From an uncultured Bacteriovorax sp. (GTDB lineage: Bacteria; Bdellovibrionota; UBA1018): 64,000 bases of DNA. The position numbers and the translations under genes were made by a program. Numbering within the stretch: position 1 is the first letter of the stretch; every line of letters begins with the position of its first letter. The notes beneath the pieces are model-generated. The model ran no database searches, was not told the origin of the DNA, and saw only the letters and a program-made list of their open reading frames with translations. The stretch is from NCBI GenBank assembly GCA_964508305.1, contig CAZDSX010000004.1, positions 3,359-67,358 on the forward strand, read 5' to 3'. Below, in pieces: positions 38,120 to 49,965 of this stretch.

Positions 38120-39157
38120 GTGCCACGAGCAAAAACCCCGGTCAAGAGCAAAGCCCCCAAAAAGCCTGTCATCCCGGCAGGTTTAGGTACCATTTCAGGT
38201 CCCTTTGATCTGCATTTTCATGGAGCCTTTGGAATCGACCTCATGGTCGCCGGTGCCTCCCAACTGGACCTGATGTGCCGAAAACTGCGCAAAGCGGGCA
38301 ACAGCGCCTTTCTGGCCACCACGCTCAGCACCCCGCTTCCCATGTTTGAAGCCGCATTGGAGAGACTGGGGCAGTGGATCCGATCAAAATGGGAAGAAGG
38401 CCCCGTTCAATCCGAGGCATTCTGCGTGGGGATCCACCTCGAAGGACCATTCCTGGCCCAAAGCTGCTGCGGAGCCCACCCGCCCGAGTGCCTCCTGGAT
38501 CCGAGCCTCGAGCTGCTTCAAAAGTGGTGGGAGCTTTCCGGACGGACGCTGGCTCGAATCACCCTCGCACCCGAGCGTGGAGCGCGCGAAGAAGTTCAAA
38601 AAATCCTTAAATTCTGCCGCAAAAATGCAATCAGCGTGAGTCTCGGGCACTCCCAGGCCTCGGGCGCCCAGGCGGAGTACTGGCATCGCCAGGGGATCCG
38701 GAATCTCACCCACGCCTGGAATGCCATGCCCTTCCATCACCGCGATCCCGGCATCCTCGGAGCGTACCTCGGCAGGGCCGACACGTGGGTCGAGCTCATT
38801 GCCGACGGCGTGCATGTAGCCGACCCGGTCCTGGGTTGGACGCACACCATCCACCCGGACGGAGTCTTTTGGGTCTCCGATTGCGTGCCCGCCGGCCAGC
38901 ACGAGGGCCCATGCTCCTTCGGCCCCCTCGAGATCCGTGCCGATGGCAAGGTCTGCCGGACTCCCCAGGGGCATCTCGCAGGGGGGGCCCTGACACTGGC
39001 CCAGCTCGGCCGTGACGCGCTCAAGCGAAAGGCCGTGGAGGGCATCTCGGCCGCACGAATCAGCCAGTGGACCGCCCAGCGCCCCTGGAAAGCGCTCGGG
39101 CTGACGCCTCAACGAACCCGCTGGATGCGGGGCCTCTCGAGGCTTCATCGGGCTTAA
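38120..39157 (+). CDS. nagA: N-acetylglucosamine-6-phosphate deacetylase-like amidohydrolase (N-terminally shortened)
   Basis: Motifs DLHFHGAFGID, GIHLEGPFL, HAWNAM, ELIADGVH. GTG start. Lacks the usual N-terminal beta-sandwich. Confidence 0.65.
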   Translation: MPRAKTPVKSKAPKKPVIPAGLGTISGPFDLHFHGAFGIDLMVAGASQLDLMCRKLRKAGNSAFLATTLSTPLPMFEAALERLGQWIRSKWEEGPVQSEAFCVGIHLEGPFLAQSCCGAHPPECLLDPSLELLQKWWELSGRTLARITLAPERGAREEVQKILKFCRKNAISVSLGHSQASGAQAEYWHRQGIRNLTHAWNAMPFHHRDPGILGAYLGRADTWVELIADGVHVADPVLGWTHTIHPDGVFWVSDCVPAGQHEGPCSFGPLEIRADGKVCRTPQGHLAGGALTLAQLGRDALKRKAVEGISAARISQWTAQRPWKALGLTPQRTRWMRGLSRLHRA

Positions 39158-39217
39158 AACCCAATTGACGCGTACCCCCCCAGCAGCTAAGGTCCGCCCC
39201 TCAGCCATAAGAGTCTG

Positions 39218-39880
39218 ATGATGAAAGTCTATCTTCACGAAATCACTGAGCAAGGGACCGACGTCGACTTCGGCCAGCAGGACAGCTGGGCGATGCAGGC
39301 AGTGTCTCGCGCTGACGAAGCTGCGCAGGACCCGGTTGCACCGGTGCGTCCCGCAGGAGCGCTTCGCCCTCTGGCGGGTCACCTCACGCTTCGCAAGGTG
39401 GATGAAGTGGTCGTGATCAACGGCTCTCTCAAGACCGAGGTCAACCTCCTTTGCAGCCGCTGCGCGAGCCCGTTCCAGCTCGCCTGCAGCCCGACCTTCC
39501 AGAGCCTGTTCTGCACGGATCCGGCGATGGCGGGAATCGCACACCTCGACAAGGACAAGCAGGGCCGCGCCACCGGCAAGATCGTCGGCCGCCTCAAGGG
39601 CCACGCTCGCCATGCCCATGACTTTGCGGGACAGGATAGCCGAGATGCCGACCTGGACATCACTTATCTCTCAGAAGACTGGCTGGAGCTCGGAGACGTG
39701 CTCACGGAACAGATCCAGCTGCTCGTGCCTTTCCAGCCCCTTTGCTCAGAGGAGTGCAAAGGCATTTGCGCAAACTGCGGCGCTGACCTTAACAAAGGAC
39801 GCTGCGCCTGCTCCAAGCTTCAAAAATCCAACGCCTTCTCGGTGCTGAAGAACCTCCGGGTTCCGGCCCAGAACTCATAA
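39218..39880 (+). CDS. yceD: YceD/DUF177 (large-subunit rRNA accumulation protein)
   Basis: C-terminal CxxC...CxxC cluster and position directly upstream of rpmF-plsX. Confidence 0.75.
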   Translation: MMKVYLHEITEQGTDVDFGQQDSWAMQAVSRADEAAQDPVAPVRPAGALRPLAGHLTLRKVDEVVVINGSLKTEVNLLCSRCASPFQLACSPTFQSLFCTDPAMAGIAHLDKDKQGRATGKIVGRLKGHARHAHDFAGQDSRDADLDITYLSEDWLELGDVLTEQIQLLVPFQPLCSEECKGICANCGADLNKGRCACSKLQKSNAFSVLKNLRVPAQNS

Positions 39881-39908
39881 ACAACGTCGATCAATAGAGG
39901 AGAAAACC

Positions 39909-40112
39909 ATGGCAACACCAAAAAAGAAGATTTCCAAAAGCCGCCGCAACATGCGCCGTTTCGCCGGAGGCAACAAGCTCGCCACCCCGACGATCATCAC
40001 CTGCCCGTCGTGCAACGAGCCGACCCGCCCGCACCGCGTGTGCAAGTGCGGCACCTACGCCGGCAAGCAGGTCGTGGCTCCCAAGGCCTCCAGCGCTCAG
40101 GCAAGCAACTAA
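39909..40112 (+). CDS. rpmF: 50S ribosomal protein L32
   Basis: [18 protein letters not shown]-terminus and CPSC...CKCG zinc ribbon. Confidence 0.85.
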   Translation: MATPKKKISKSRRNMRRFAGGNKLATPTIITCPSCNEPTRPHRVCKCGTYAGKQVVAPKASSAQASN

Positions 40113-40133
40113 AGCGAAGTTCACTCAAGCCCC

Positions 40134-41228
40134 ATGGCTGAGCTGATCCTCGATGTGATGGGGGGCGATCACGCGCCCCAAGCCATCCTGCACGGCGCCG
40201 CTGACGCCCTGCCACTGCTCAAGCAGGCGGGAGCCTCTCTCACGCTGATCGGTAATCGCGCGCTCTGCGAGCGCGTGCTTTCCACCAAGCACTGCCGCGC
40301 CCTCGTTTCGGCGATCGACGCAGGAAGCGTGAAGTGGATCGAGGCGACCGACAACATCGAGATGGACGACACCATCAAGTCGTTGCGGCAAAAGCCCAAG
40401 GCATCGATCAATATCGGGTGCCAGCTCGCTTCCGAGTCCTGGAAGCGCTGGAAGAAGGGTGAACCTGGCGCCGCTCCTGCCGCTTTCATCAGCGCAGGAC
40501 ATTCGGGCGCAATGATGGCTTCGGCCCTGATCAACATGGGCAGGCTCAAGGGAGTTGAGAGGCCGGGAATTGCCGTGACGCTTCCCACTCTCAGCCTCGA
40601 CGGCTGCGTCGTCATCGACGTGGGGGCCAATGTCGACTGCAAGCCCGAACACCTGCGTGACTTTGCCGTGATGGGCGCGCTTTATGCCCAAGTCGACAGA
40701 AAATCCCCCGGACTTCCGCGGGTTGGAATCCTGAGCAACGGCGAAGAAAAGAGCAAAGGCAACGAGCTCACGCGTGCTGCACGCGAGCTGGTCGAGGCAC
40801 TTCCCTACTTCAGCGAGATTGCCCGGTTCGAGGGCTACGCAGAAGGAAAGGAAATCTTCAAAGGCCAGGTCGATGTCGTGGTGTGTGACGGCTTTGTTGG
40901 CAACGTGGTGCTCAAATCCGTTGAAGGCCTCGGCTCGGCCGTCGTCCGCATCCTCAAGGACAGCGCCAAATCCAATCCGCTGGCCATGGCAGGGTTCCTC
41001 CTGGCTGCTCCCGTTTTCAGGGCCCTCAAAAAGAAGCTCGACTACGCCGAGTATGGAGCGGCTCCCCTTCTTGGAGTCCAGGGCTATGCCTTCATCTGCC
41101 ACGGTCGGAGCAATCCCAAGGCCGTGGTGAGCGCCCTGCTTCGCGCGCACACTGCCCTGCAGAAGCAGGTCGTTGAAGGCCTTGAGAGCGCACTCCTGCG
41201 AAACACCCAGTCCGAGGTCACGAGCTAA
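40134..41228 (+). CDS. plsX: phosphate acyltransferase PlsX
   Basis: Conserved PlsX N-terminus ILDVMGGDHAP and GFVGNVVLKS motif. Confidence 0.9.
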   Translation: MAELILDVMGGDHAPQAILHGAADALPLLKQAGASLTLIGNRALCERVLSTKHCRALVSAIDAGSVKWIEATDNIEMDDTIKSLRQKPKASINIGCQLASESWKRWKKGEPGAAPAAFISAGHSGAMMASALINMGRLKGVERPGIAVTLPTLSLDGCVVIDVGANVDCKPEHLRDFAVMGALYAQVDRKSPGLPRVGILSNGEEKSKGNELTRAARELVEALPYFSEIARFEGYAEGKEIFKGQVDVVVCDGFVGNVVLKSVEGLGSAVVRILKDSAKSNPLAMAGFLLAAPVFRALKKKLDYAEYGAAPLLGVQGYAFICHGRSNPKAVVSALLRAHTALQKQVVEGLESALLRNTQSEVTS

Positions 41229-41229
41229 C

Positions 41230-42246
41230 ATGAACGCCAAGCCACAGTCGCCCTTTGCAGCGAGGATCATCGGCACGGGATCAGCCTTCCCCAAGCGCAA
41301 ACTCACGAACGACGAGCTCGCCCCCAAGATCGACTCAAGCGATGAGTGGATCCGGGAGCGCACCGGAATCGCCGAGCGTCGCATCTCCGAACCAGGCAAT
41401 GCGGCCGAGTACAACTCGTCGCTGGGATATGAGGCCGCCCTCAAGGCACTCGAGATGGCGGGCAAGAAGCCCGAGGACATCGACCAGATCCTTTACGCGA
41501 CCTGTTCGGGAGACACGATCATCCCCTCGACCGCCTGCTGGCTACAAAGCAAACTGGGAGCGACCAAGGCCTGGGCCGTGGACCTGAACGCCGCCTGCTC
41601 GGGGTTTGTCTACGCCCTGGCGACGGCCGACATGTTCATCCGCGCAGGACAAAGCAAGTGCGTGCTGGTTGTTGGCGCCGAGGTCCTTTCTGCCAACGTC
41701 AACTGGGGCGATCGCACGAGCTGCATCCTCTTTGGTGATGGCGCTGGCGCAGCGGTCGTCGAACGCTGTGAACCCAACTCACCCTCCCGCATCCTTTCGA
41801 GCCACCTTCAGAGCGATGGCTCACTCTGGGAGCTCCTCATCATTCCGGGCGGCGGCACTCGCCAGCCTGCGACCCACGAGGTCCTGGATGCCCACCAGAA
41901 CAAGATCCACATGAAGGGCAAGGAGATCTTCAAGATTGCCGTCAAGACGCTTGCCGATTTCGCCACCGAAGCCGTTGAAAGCAACGGCTACAAGCTTTCG
42001 GATGTGGACTGGTTCATTCCGCACCAGGCCAACATGCGCATCATTGAGGCCGTCGCAAACCGCCTCGAGATGCCCATGGAAAAGGTCCTCGTCAATATCG
42101 AGCGCTACGGCAACACGTCATCTGCGACCGTCCCGACGATGCTCGACGAAGCCGTCCGCGATGGCCGGATCAAGAAGGGCCAGCTTCTGGTCATGGACGT
42201 CTTTGGCGCGGGCCTGACCTACGGGTCCGTACTGGTTCGCTGGTAA
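41230..42246 (+). CDS. fabH: 3-oxoacyl-ACP synthase III
   Basis: Active site AACSGFVYAL, with His/Asn motifs HQAN and GNTSSAT. Start at MNAKPQ (ATG 41230) just after the plsX stop. Confidence 0.9.
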   Translation: MNAKPQSPFAARIIGTGSAFPKRKLTNDELAPKIDSSDEWIRERTGIAERRISEPGNAAEYNSSLGYEAALKALEMAGKKPEDIDQILYATCSGDTIIPSTACWLQSKLGATKAWAVDLNAACSGFVYALATADMFIRAGQSKCVLVVGAEVLSANVNWGDRTSCILFGDGAGAAVVERCEPNSPSRILSSHLQSDGSLWELLIIPGGGTRQPATHEVLDAHQNKIHMKGKEIFKIAVKTLADFATEAVESNGYKLSDVDWFIPHQANMRIIEAVANRLEMPMEKVLVNIERYGNTSSATVPTMLDEAVRDGRIKKGQLLVMDVFGAGLTYGSVLVRW

Positions 42247-42282
42247 CTCGAACTCACCATTTCCAAAACGGAGGAGACCTCG

Positions 42283-43314
42283 ATGTCCTCAAGCAGCAAG
42301 AAGATGATGGCGCTTTTTCCCGGCCAGGGGGCCCAGCATGTCGGAATGGGAAAGGAACTATTCGAGAACTTCGCAGTTGCCCGCGAAGTCTTCGAAGAAG
42401 CTTCCGATGCCGTCAGCCGCGACCTCAAGAAGCTTTGCTTTGAAGGCCCGGACGCCGATCTCACCCTGACGGAAAACACCCAGCCCTGCCTGCTCACCAC
42501 ATCGGTTGCGGCATTCCGCGTGGCCGCAAAGGAACTCGGGTTTGCGCCATCGGTCGTTGCCGGACACTCACTGGGAGAGTATTCGGCGCTTGTTGCAGCC
42601 GGTGCACTCCCGCTTTCGACTGCTGCACGATGGGTCCGCGAACGAGGAGCCGCCATGCAGAAGGCCGTTCCCGCCGGGCAAGGAACCATGGCGGCCGTCA
42701 TGGGCGGGGATGACTGGATCGATGCTCTTTGTGCCAAGGCCACGGCTTCGGCCAAAGCCAAGCGCTCCACTGCGGGAGGTGAAGCTTCCGAATTCACGGT
42801 CGAGGCGATTGTTCAGCCCGCAAACTTCAATACTCCCGGCCAGATCGTCATCGCAGGCTCCACGGATGCAGTGACCGAGGCCGTTTCCATGATCAAGACG
42901 GATCCGGAGTTTGCTGGCGGAAAGGCGATCCCTCTCAATGTGAGCGCTCCCTTCCATTGCAAGCTCATGAAGCCCGCCCGTGACCGCATGGCGGAACTCT
43001 TTACTGAAGCCAAGGGCCACGAGAAGCCTTCGCACCTGTCCTGCCCGTATGTCCCCAATCGAACGGGGATCCTCACGCGCGAGCCGGGAGTCGTGCTCGA
43101 ACTCCTCGTCGAACAGGTGGATCACCCGGTCCTCTGGAAGCAATCTTTTGCAGGGCTTTTGGAGCAAGGCTTTGAGCTCGGCGCCGAGTTCGGCCCTGGG
43201 AAGGTCCTTGCCGGCATGGCCAAGCGCATCGGGCAGCCCATCGGAAAGTCAGCCGCCATCACGGGCACGGGGGACCTTGCAGGACTCAAGGCCCTTGAAG
43301 CCGTTTGGAAGTAA
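42283..43314 (+). CDS. fabD: malonyl CoA-ACP transacylase
   Basis: Active site GHSLGEYSALV and FPGQGAQ N-terminus. Confidence 0.9.
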   Translation: MSSSSKKMMALFPGQGAQHVGMGKELFENFAVAREVFEEASDAVSRDLKKLCFEGPDADLTLTENTQPCLLTTSVAAFRVAAKELGFAPSVVAGHSLGEYSALVAAGALPLSTAARWVRERGAAMQKAVPAGQGTMAAVMGGDDWIDALCAKATASAKAKRSTAGGEASEFTVEAIVQPANFNTPGQIVIAGSTDAVTEAVSMIKTDPEFAGGKAIPLNVSAPFHCKLMKPARDRMAELFTEAKGHEKPSHLSCPYVPNRTGILTREPGVVLELLVEQVDHPVLWKQSFAGLLEQGFELGAEFGPGKVLAGMAKRIGQPIGKSAAITGTGDLAGLKALEAVWK

Positions 43315-43328
43315 CAGGAGATTGGATC

Positions 43329-44078
43329 ATGTCTGAAACTGCAAAAAAACCCGTAGCTCTCGTCACCGGCGCCTCACGAGGCATCGGTACTGCCATCGCT
43401 CTCAAGCTTGCGCGCGAAGGCTTCCATGTCGTGATCAATTACGCCTCGAGCGAGGAGCGGGCCCGCAAGGTGCTCGCTGACATCGAAGCCGCGGGCGGCA
43501 CGGGGGAGCTCTGCGGTTTCAACGTCGGAAGTCCCGAAGAAGTCGACGCCAAGTTCGATGCCCTCCACAAGGCCCACGGAGCGCTCGCCGTCCTGGTCAA
43601 TAATGCCGGCATCACCATTGACGGCCTGCTGATGCGCCTCAAAAACGAGGACCTCGACAAGACCTTGGACATTGACCTCAAAGGCGCCATCTACTGCACC
43701 CGGGCCGCCACCAAGGCCATGATGAGGGCTCGCTCAGGCTCCGTGATCCAGATTTCGAGCGTGATCGGTGAGATGGGCAACGCCGGCCAGAGCGCCTATG
43801 CAGCGGCCAAATCGGGGCTCATTGGCTTCACCAAGAGTGTGGCAAAAGAGCTTGGATCCCGAGGGGTTAGGGCCAACGTCATCACCCCCGGATACATCGC
43901 CACTGACATGACTCAGGACTTGACGCAGGACCAAAAAGAGGCCATCTTGCGCAACATTCCGCTCGGATTTGTCGGCGAACCAGAGGACGTGGCTTCAGTA
44001 GTTGCGTTCCTTGCTTCTCCGGCAAGCCGCTACATCACCGGTCAGGTGTTGGGCGTGAACGGCGGCATGTACATGTAA
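43329..44078 (+). CDS. fabG: 3-oxoacyl-ACP reductase
   Basis: SDR motifs [13 protein letters not shown] and YAAAK. RBS AGGAGA. Confidence 0.9.
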   Translation: MSETAKKPVALVTGASRGIGTAIALKLAREGFHVVINYASSEERARKVLADIEAAGGTGELCGFNVGSPEEVDAKFDALHKAHGALAVLVNNAGITIDGLLMRLKNEDLDKTLDIDLKGAIYCTRAATKAMMRARSGSVIQISSVIGEMGNAGQSAYAAAKSGLIGFTKSVAKELGSRGVRANVITPGYIATDMTQDLTQDQKEAILRNIPLGFVGEPEDVASVVAFLASPASRYITGQVLGVNGGMYM

Positions 44079-44095
44079 CTTTTGGAGAAGCCGAA

Positions 44096-44338
44096 ATGTC
44101 CGCATCCTTGGAAGAAAGAGTCAAAAACCTGATCTGCGACCAGCTTGCTGTTGAAGCAGAGAAGGTCACCCCCACCGCTTCGTTCATCGAAGACCTGGGC
44201 GCTGACAGCCTCGACATCGTCGAGCTCGTCATGCAGATGGAAGAAGAATTCGACCTCGACATCCCGGATGAAGACGCCGAGAAGATGAAGACGGTCGGAG
44301 ATGTCGTGAAGTACATCTCTTCCAAGACCACCCACTAA
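44096..44338 (+). CDS. acpP: acyl carrier protein
   Basis: [14 protein letters not shown] phosphopantetheine attachment motif. Confidence 0.95.
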   Translation: MSASLEERVKNLICDQLAVEAEKVTPTASFIEDLGADSLDIVELVMQMEEEFDLDIPDEDAEKMKTVGDVVKYISSKTTH

Positions 44339-44425
44339 AAGCATTTTGAAGATCGAGATCGGGACGCAAACAGGAGTGCCACGCGCCTCCCGGTGCGTCC
44401 CGATCTGCTTTTACGGAACCCAAGC

Positions 44426-45766
44426 ATGAGCGCAAACACTTCCCATCGCCGCGTCGTCATCACAGGCCTCGGAGCAGTATCGCCGCTGGGCCTCGGAATC
44501 GCCCAGAACTGGAGCTCGGCCCTCGAGGGTCGCTCAGGCATCGACCGGATTTCGCTTTTTGACCTGACCGACTGTCCGGTCACGATCGCGGGCGAAGTGC
44601 GCAACTTCGATGTCTCAAGACCCGTGGGCCCGCTCAATCCGTTTGCGGGCGACCCCACGGTCACCGAAGCCGTGCCACCGCTCACCATGGCTGCAAACGC
44701 CAAGGAAGCGCGCAAAATGGGTCGCTTCATCCACCTTGCGCTTGCTGCAGGCATCGAAGCCTACGAAGACGCAGGCCTCGACCCCAAGCGCCCGTCACTT
44801 AACCCCGAGCGCATGGGCTGCAATATCGGCGTGGGCATGGGCGGCCTTCCTGAGATTGGTGACGTCTACGACACGCTCATCCACAAGGGTTACAAGCGCA
44901 TCACCCCTTTCTTCATCCCTCAAGTCATCCCCAACCTGGCAGCAGGGCATCTCTCGATGCTGCTCAATCTCAAGGGTCCTAACCTCTGCAATGTGACAGC
45001 CTGCTCATCGAGCGCCCACAGCATTGGCGAGAGCTTCAAGCTCATCGCAAGGGGCGATGCCGATCTCATGGTGACGGGTGGTGCCGAAGCCGTGATCAGC
45101 AAACTTGGAATCGGCGGCTTTGCCGTCATGCGCGCGCTTTCCACGCGCAATGACGAGCCCGCACGGGCTTCTCGTCCGTTTGACGTCGCTCGCGACGGCT
45201 TTGTCATGGGCGAAGGCGGAGCGGTGATCATCCTCGAGGAACTTGAGCACGCCAAAAAACGCGGTGCCAAGATCTATGGCGAGATCCTGGGCTACGGCGC
45301 CAGTGGCGACGCCTACCACATGACCACCCCCGCACCCGAGGGTGAGGGCGGCAGGCGCGCCATGGCCATGGCACTCAAGGATTCGGGCCTGGAGCCCACA
45401 CAGATCGGCTACATCAATGCACACGGGACATCGACCCCTGCGGGTGACGTCGAGGAGTCGCGCGCGATCAAGCGCCTTTTCCCCGAAGGCCCCAGGCACC
45501 TCCATGTGAGCTCGACCAAGTCGATGACGGGACACCTGCTCGGTGCGGCAGGCGCCATCGAAGCCATCTTCTCGATCCTCGCGATCAAGGAGGGCAAGAT
45601 CCCACCCACGATCAATCTCGAAAACCTGGATCCAGGCTGCGCCGAGACGGGGCTCAACTTCACGCCCAACCACGCCATCGATAAGAAGATCGATTACGCC
45701 CTTTCCAACAGCTTCGGATTTGGCGGGACCAATGCCTCGCTCATCTTCGGAAAGTTCAAAGGGTAG
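44426..45766 (+). CDS. fabF: 3-oxoacyl-ACP synthase II
   Basis: Active-site Cys in ACSSSAHSIG, and His motifs NAHGTST and GHLLGAAGA. Confidence 0.9.
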   Translation: MSANTSHRRVVITGLGAVSPLGLGIAQNWSSALEGRSGIDRISLFDLTDCPVTIAGEVRNFDVSRPVGPLNPFAGDPTVTEAVPPLTMAANAKEARKMGRFIHLALAAGIEAYEDAGLDPKRPSLNPERMGCNIGVGMGGLPEIGDVYDTLIHKGYKRITPFFIPQVIPNLAAGHLSMLLNLKGPNLCNVTACSSSAHSIGESFKLIARGDADLMVTGGAEAVISKLGIGGFAVMRALSTRNDEPARASRPFDVARDGFVMGEGGAVIILEELEHAKKRGAKIYGEILGYGASGDAYHMTTPAPEGEGGRRAMAMALKDSGLEPTQIGYINAHGTSTPAGDVEESRAIKRLFPEGPRHLHVSSTKSMTGHLLGAAGAIEAIFSILAIKEGKIPPTINLENLDPGCAETGLNFTPNHAIDKKIDYALSNSFGFGGTNASLIFGKFKG

Positions 45767-46236
45767 ATGAACATGAAGGCCCCCCGCATCTACATCGCGT
45801 CGGACCATGCGGGCGTTGCCCTCAAGGCCGCCATCCAAAAGCTCCTGCCCGGATATGACTGGCAGGATCTTGGTCCGATCGACGGCAACCACAAGGTGGA
45901 CTACCCGGACATGGCCGAGGCCGTCGGCCTGAAGATGGCTGCCGCTGGGAGCGATGCACGCGGAATCCTGATCTGCGGAAGCGGAATCGGAATGAGCATT
46001 TCTGCAAACAAGATCCCCGGGGTTCGTGCCGCGCTGGTTGAAAACCCAGTCTCTGCGAGGCTCTCGCGTGAGCACAACGATGCCAACGTCCTGTGCCTGG
46101 GCTCCCGATTCATCGCGCCTGAGTACGGTGCCGAGATCGCCAAGATCTGGCTGGAGACACCCTTCTCCGAAGACGAGCGTCACGACGTTCGAGTCAAAAA
46201 GATCGCCAACATGGAAAAAAAGAACGGAGGCTCCAA

Positions 46237-46240
<4 letters not shown>
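45767..46240 (+). CDS. rpiB: ribose-5-phosphate isomerase B
   Basis: RpiB/LacAB motifs [22 protein letters not shown] and ANVLCLG. Confidence 0.85.
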
Positions 46241-47504
<1,264 letters not shown>

Positions 47505-47508
<4 letters not shown>

Positions 47509-48032
47509 GATGCCCCTACTGCTCGGCCGTTGAAACCAAGGTCATCGACTCGCGCATCAACCAGACCAACGACATCACGCGCAGGCGCCGGGAGTGCCCG
47601 AACTGCGATGGCCGCTTCACGACCTATGAGCGAGTCGAAGAAGTGATGCCCGTCGTGATCAAAAAGGACGGCAGGCGCGAGCCGTATGTCCGAGAGAAGG
47701 TCAAGGACGGCATCGTCAAGTCCTGCCAGAAGCGCGCAGTGACCACGGCCCAAATCGAAAAAATGATGGGCGATCTGGAGCGCCGGATCGCAAGCTTTGG
47801 CGCCAAGGAAATCCCCTCCCGCAACATCGGCCACATGGTCATGCAGGAGCTCCACAAGCTCGACAAGGTGGCCTATGTGCGCTTCTCGGCCGTCTATCGG
47901 GATTTCAAGGACGTCGAAGAGTTCGTCGCTGAACTCACCCAGCCCGAGCCCGCGACCCTCGAGGATGATCCTTCACTGCTCGTTTTCCCATTTGCAGTTC
48001 CGCCCTCTCCGCCCGAAGGTAAGAAATCATGA
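47505..48032 (+). CDS. nrdR: transcriptional repressor NrdR
   Basis: MRCPYC...C zinc ribbon followed by an ATP-cone. ATGA overlap with glyA. RBS ACGGAGG. Confidence 0.9.
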
Positions 48033-48478
48033 GCAAGAACGCAGGCAGCCGCAGGCAGGCCCGAGAAGCCGCATTCCAGATCCTCTACAAGCTCGATGGC
48101 CAGCCCGCCGAGTACGAGACCTGGCTTTCCGACCCCTCCAAGATGGCCCGTGAGCTCGCCAGCCACTTTGCCCACTTCCTGGTGCCCGAGGCCCAGCGCG
48201 AATTTGCAGCAGAACTTGCAGCCGGCGCACTGCGCGAGCGTCAAAAAACGGACGAAATCATCCAAGGTGCCCGCACGGAGTGGAAGCTCTCGCGAATGGC
48301 AGCCGTCGACCGCAACCTGCTCCGCCTGGCTGTTTACGAACTGACCCACTTCCACGACATCCCACCCTCGGTGACCATCAACGAGGCCATCGAGCTTGCC
48401 AAGCAGTTCGGCGAGGCTGACTCGGCCGGCTTCATCAACGGAGTCTTGGACCAAGTCGCCCGCGAGAAGCGCGCCTAG
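48029..48478 (+). CDS. nusB: transcription antitermination factor NusB
   Basis: RRQAREAAFQILYKLD N-terminus and FINGVLD C-terminal motif. ATGA overlap with nrdR. Confidence 0.9.
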   Translation: MSKNAGSRRQAREAAFQILYKLDGQPAEYETWLSDPSKMARELASHFAHFLVPEAQREFAAELAAGALRERQKTDEIIQGARTEWKLSRMAAVDRNLLRLAVYELTHFHDIPPSVTINEAIELAKQFGEADSAGFINGVLDQVAREKRA

Positions 48479-48581
48479 GTGCGGCAAACTTTGCCCGGGT
48501 GCTCACTCGGACTCCCCAATACTTGACCCGGGTTTCCCGAACAGGGGAGACTAGAGTCAGGAGGGAAGCCGGCTCGGCACC

Positions 48582-49043
48582 ATGGCCCAACGTCCAGTCA
48601 CCGCTCAGCAAACCCAGCTCGAATCCTCGGCTACGCGCGCCCTCTTTGAGGGGCAGGCAGATGCGTGGATCCTCGGCCTCTCTTCGACTGAGCGCCCTCC
48701 CCGCGGTCTTGCGGGCTCGCTCGACTGGCACCTCCGGGGCTGGATCAGCCAATCGATCCAACAGGGCATTTTTGAGGGACTTGCGGGCGAATGCGCCTAT
48801 TTGCCGTACGTCCACCAGGGACGCACACTCCACCTCCTGCTCGTGGGCCTCGGAGACAGTCACGGCAAGAGGAAGCGCTCACTGCCTGCTGCATCGCTCA
48901 GTGCACTCAAACAGAATCTCAAGGCACTGGGCCGCCCGAGCTGGGGACTCTCGGTCGCTGACCTTGGAGAAGATTCCATCGAGCCGCTCAGCCAATGCAT
49001 CGGACAAGCTTTCAAGGGAGGCCAGCTGTGGATCAGTCCGTGA
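48582..49043 (+). CDS. hypothetical protein 1 of a 4-gene overlapping cluster
   Basis: ATG with AGGAGGGAAG ~15 nt upstream. No recognisable motif. Confidence 0.45.
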   Translation: MAQRPVTAQQTQLESSATRALFEGQADAWILGLSSTERPPRGLAGSLDWHLRGWISQSIQQGIFEGLAGECAYLPYVHQGRTLHLLLVGLGDSHGKRKRSLPAASLSALKQNLKALGRPSWGLSVADLGEDSIEPLSQCIGQAFKGGQLWISP

Positions 49044-49426
49044 AGCTTCCAGCCCAGACCAACTCCCAATTCCTGGCCCAGCTTCCGGAGCTGGCCGAAG
49101 AGCTGCTGTCGCTTTCGAATGAGTTTGAAGTGGGAATGCAGTCCCAGCTGATGAAGGCCCGCATGACCGAGGGACTCCGTGGCTGGGGTGTCCTCGAAAA
49201 GCTCGCCCGCGAAAGCCTGCATGAGCGCGGACGCGATGCCGCCCGTGCTCGCGCCGAGTCTGAAAGGGCCGAAGCACTGGCCACGGCCCGCCAGCAAAAG
49301 CCATTCGTTCCCACTCGCAAGCTCACCGCGTCCCTCCAGACCAAGGCAGTGGAAGCCCTCCAAGACCCGTCCGTGGTCGCAGCCCTTGTTCAATGGTCAC
49401 GCAAGCCGCAACCTCCGAACGCTTAA
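49030..49426 (+). CDS. hypothetical protein 2 (helical, Ala/Arg/Glu-rich C-terminus)
   Basis: GTG starts at 49030 and 49042 straddle the upstream stop. The ORF track ATG at 48995 would overlap by 49 nt. Confidence 0.4.
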
Positions 49427-49965
49427 ACCAGCTTGAAAGTCAGCTGGCGGCAGATTGGAACGGGACCCAGGACCCGCTCCAAAGGCTTGCATTGCTTCGC
49501 AGGCACTTTCGACTGCTCCACGAACTGCTCAACGAAGAGCTTGCTGCCGAAACCCCGTCGGAGGCGCTCCCCAGGCTCCGGGCTCGTCACGACGAGCTGG
49601 CCGCTTTTCCAGTGGAGCACTCCGGCACCCCGGCAGCCACGCTGCGAAACCAGCTGCTCGGACCTGCTCCCACGCTGGGGAGCCCGGAAAAAGGCACACC
49701 CTTAACCCATTCGCTTCCTGAATTCCTCGGGCGAACCGGCCGCGAATGGGAAGCGTTGCTGTATCGCGTGGCCCCCGACTGGGGGTGGAAGCCCTCGCGC
49801 AGGGAGATCCTGCTTGAGCAACCCTCGGCCATCCAGAAGCTGATTCGGCGCGAACGCGCCTCGATTGGACAGGGCTCCTTGATGCTTGGACTGGAAAAAT
49901 CCCCCAACGGACCGCATCTTTGGTGGATGCATGAACTGGTCGAAGCCAAGGCAGCCCTGAAATGA
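49393..49965 (+). CDS. hypothetical protein 3 (helical)
   Basis: The ORF overlaps the previous gene by ~34 nt. The exact start is uncertain. Confidence 0.4.
   Translation: MVTQAATSERLNQLESQLAADWNGTQDPLQRLALLRRHFRLLHELLNEELAAETPSEALPRLRARHDELAAFPVEHSGTPAATLRNQLLGPAPTLGSPEKGTPLTHSLPEFLGRTGREWEALLYRVAPDWGWKPSRREILLEQPSAIQKLIRRERASIGQGSLMLGLEKSPNGPHLWWMHELVEAKAALK

Noticed and set aside
38384-39619. 411-aa minus-strand ORF
   Set aside because: Antisense to nagA and yceD. Arg/Ala-rich shadow frame.
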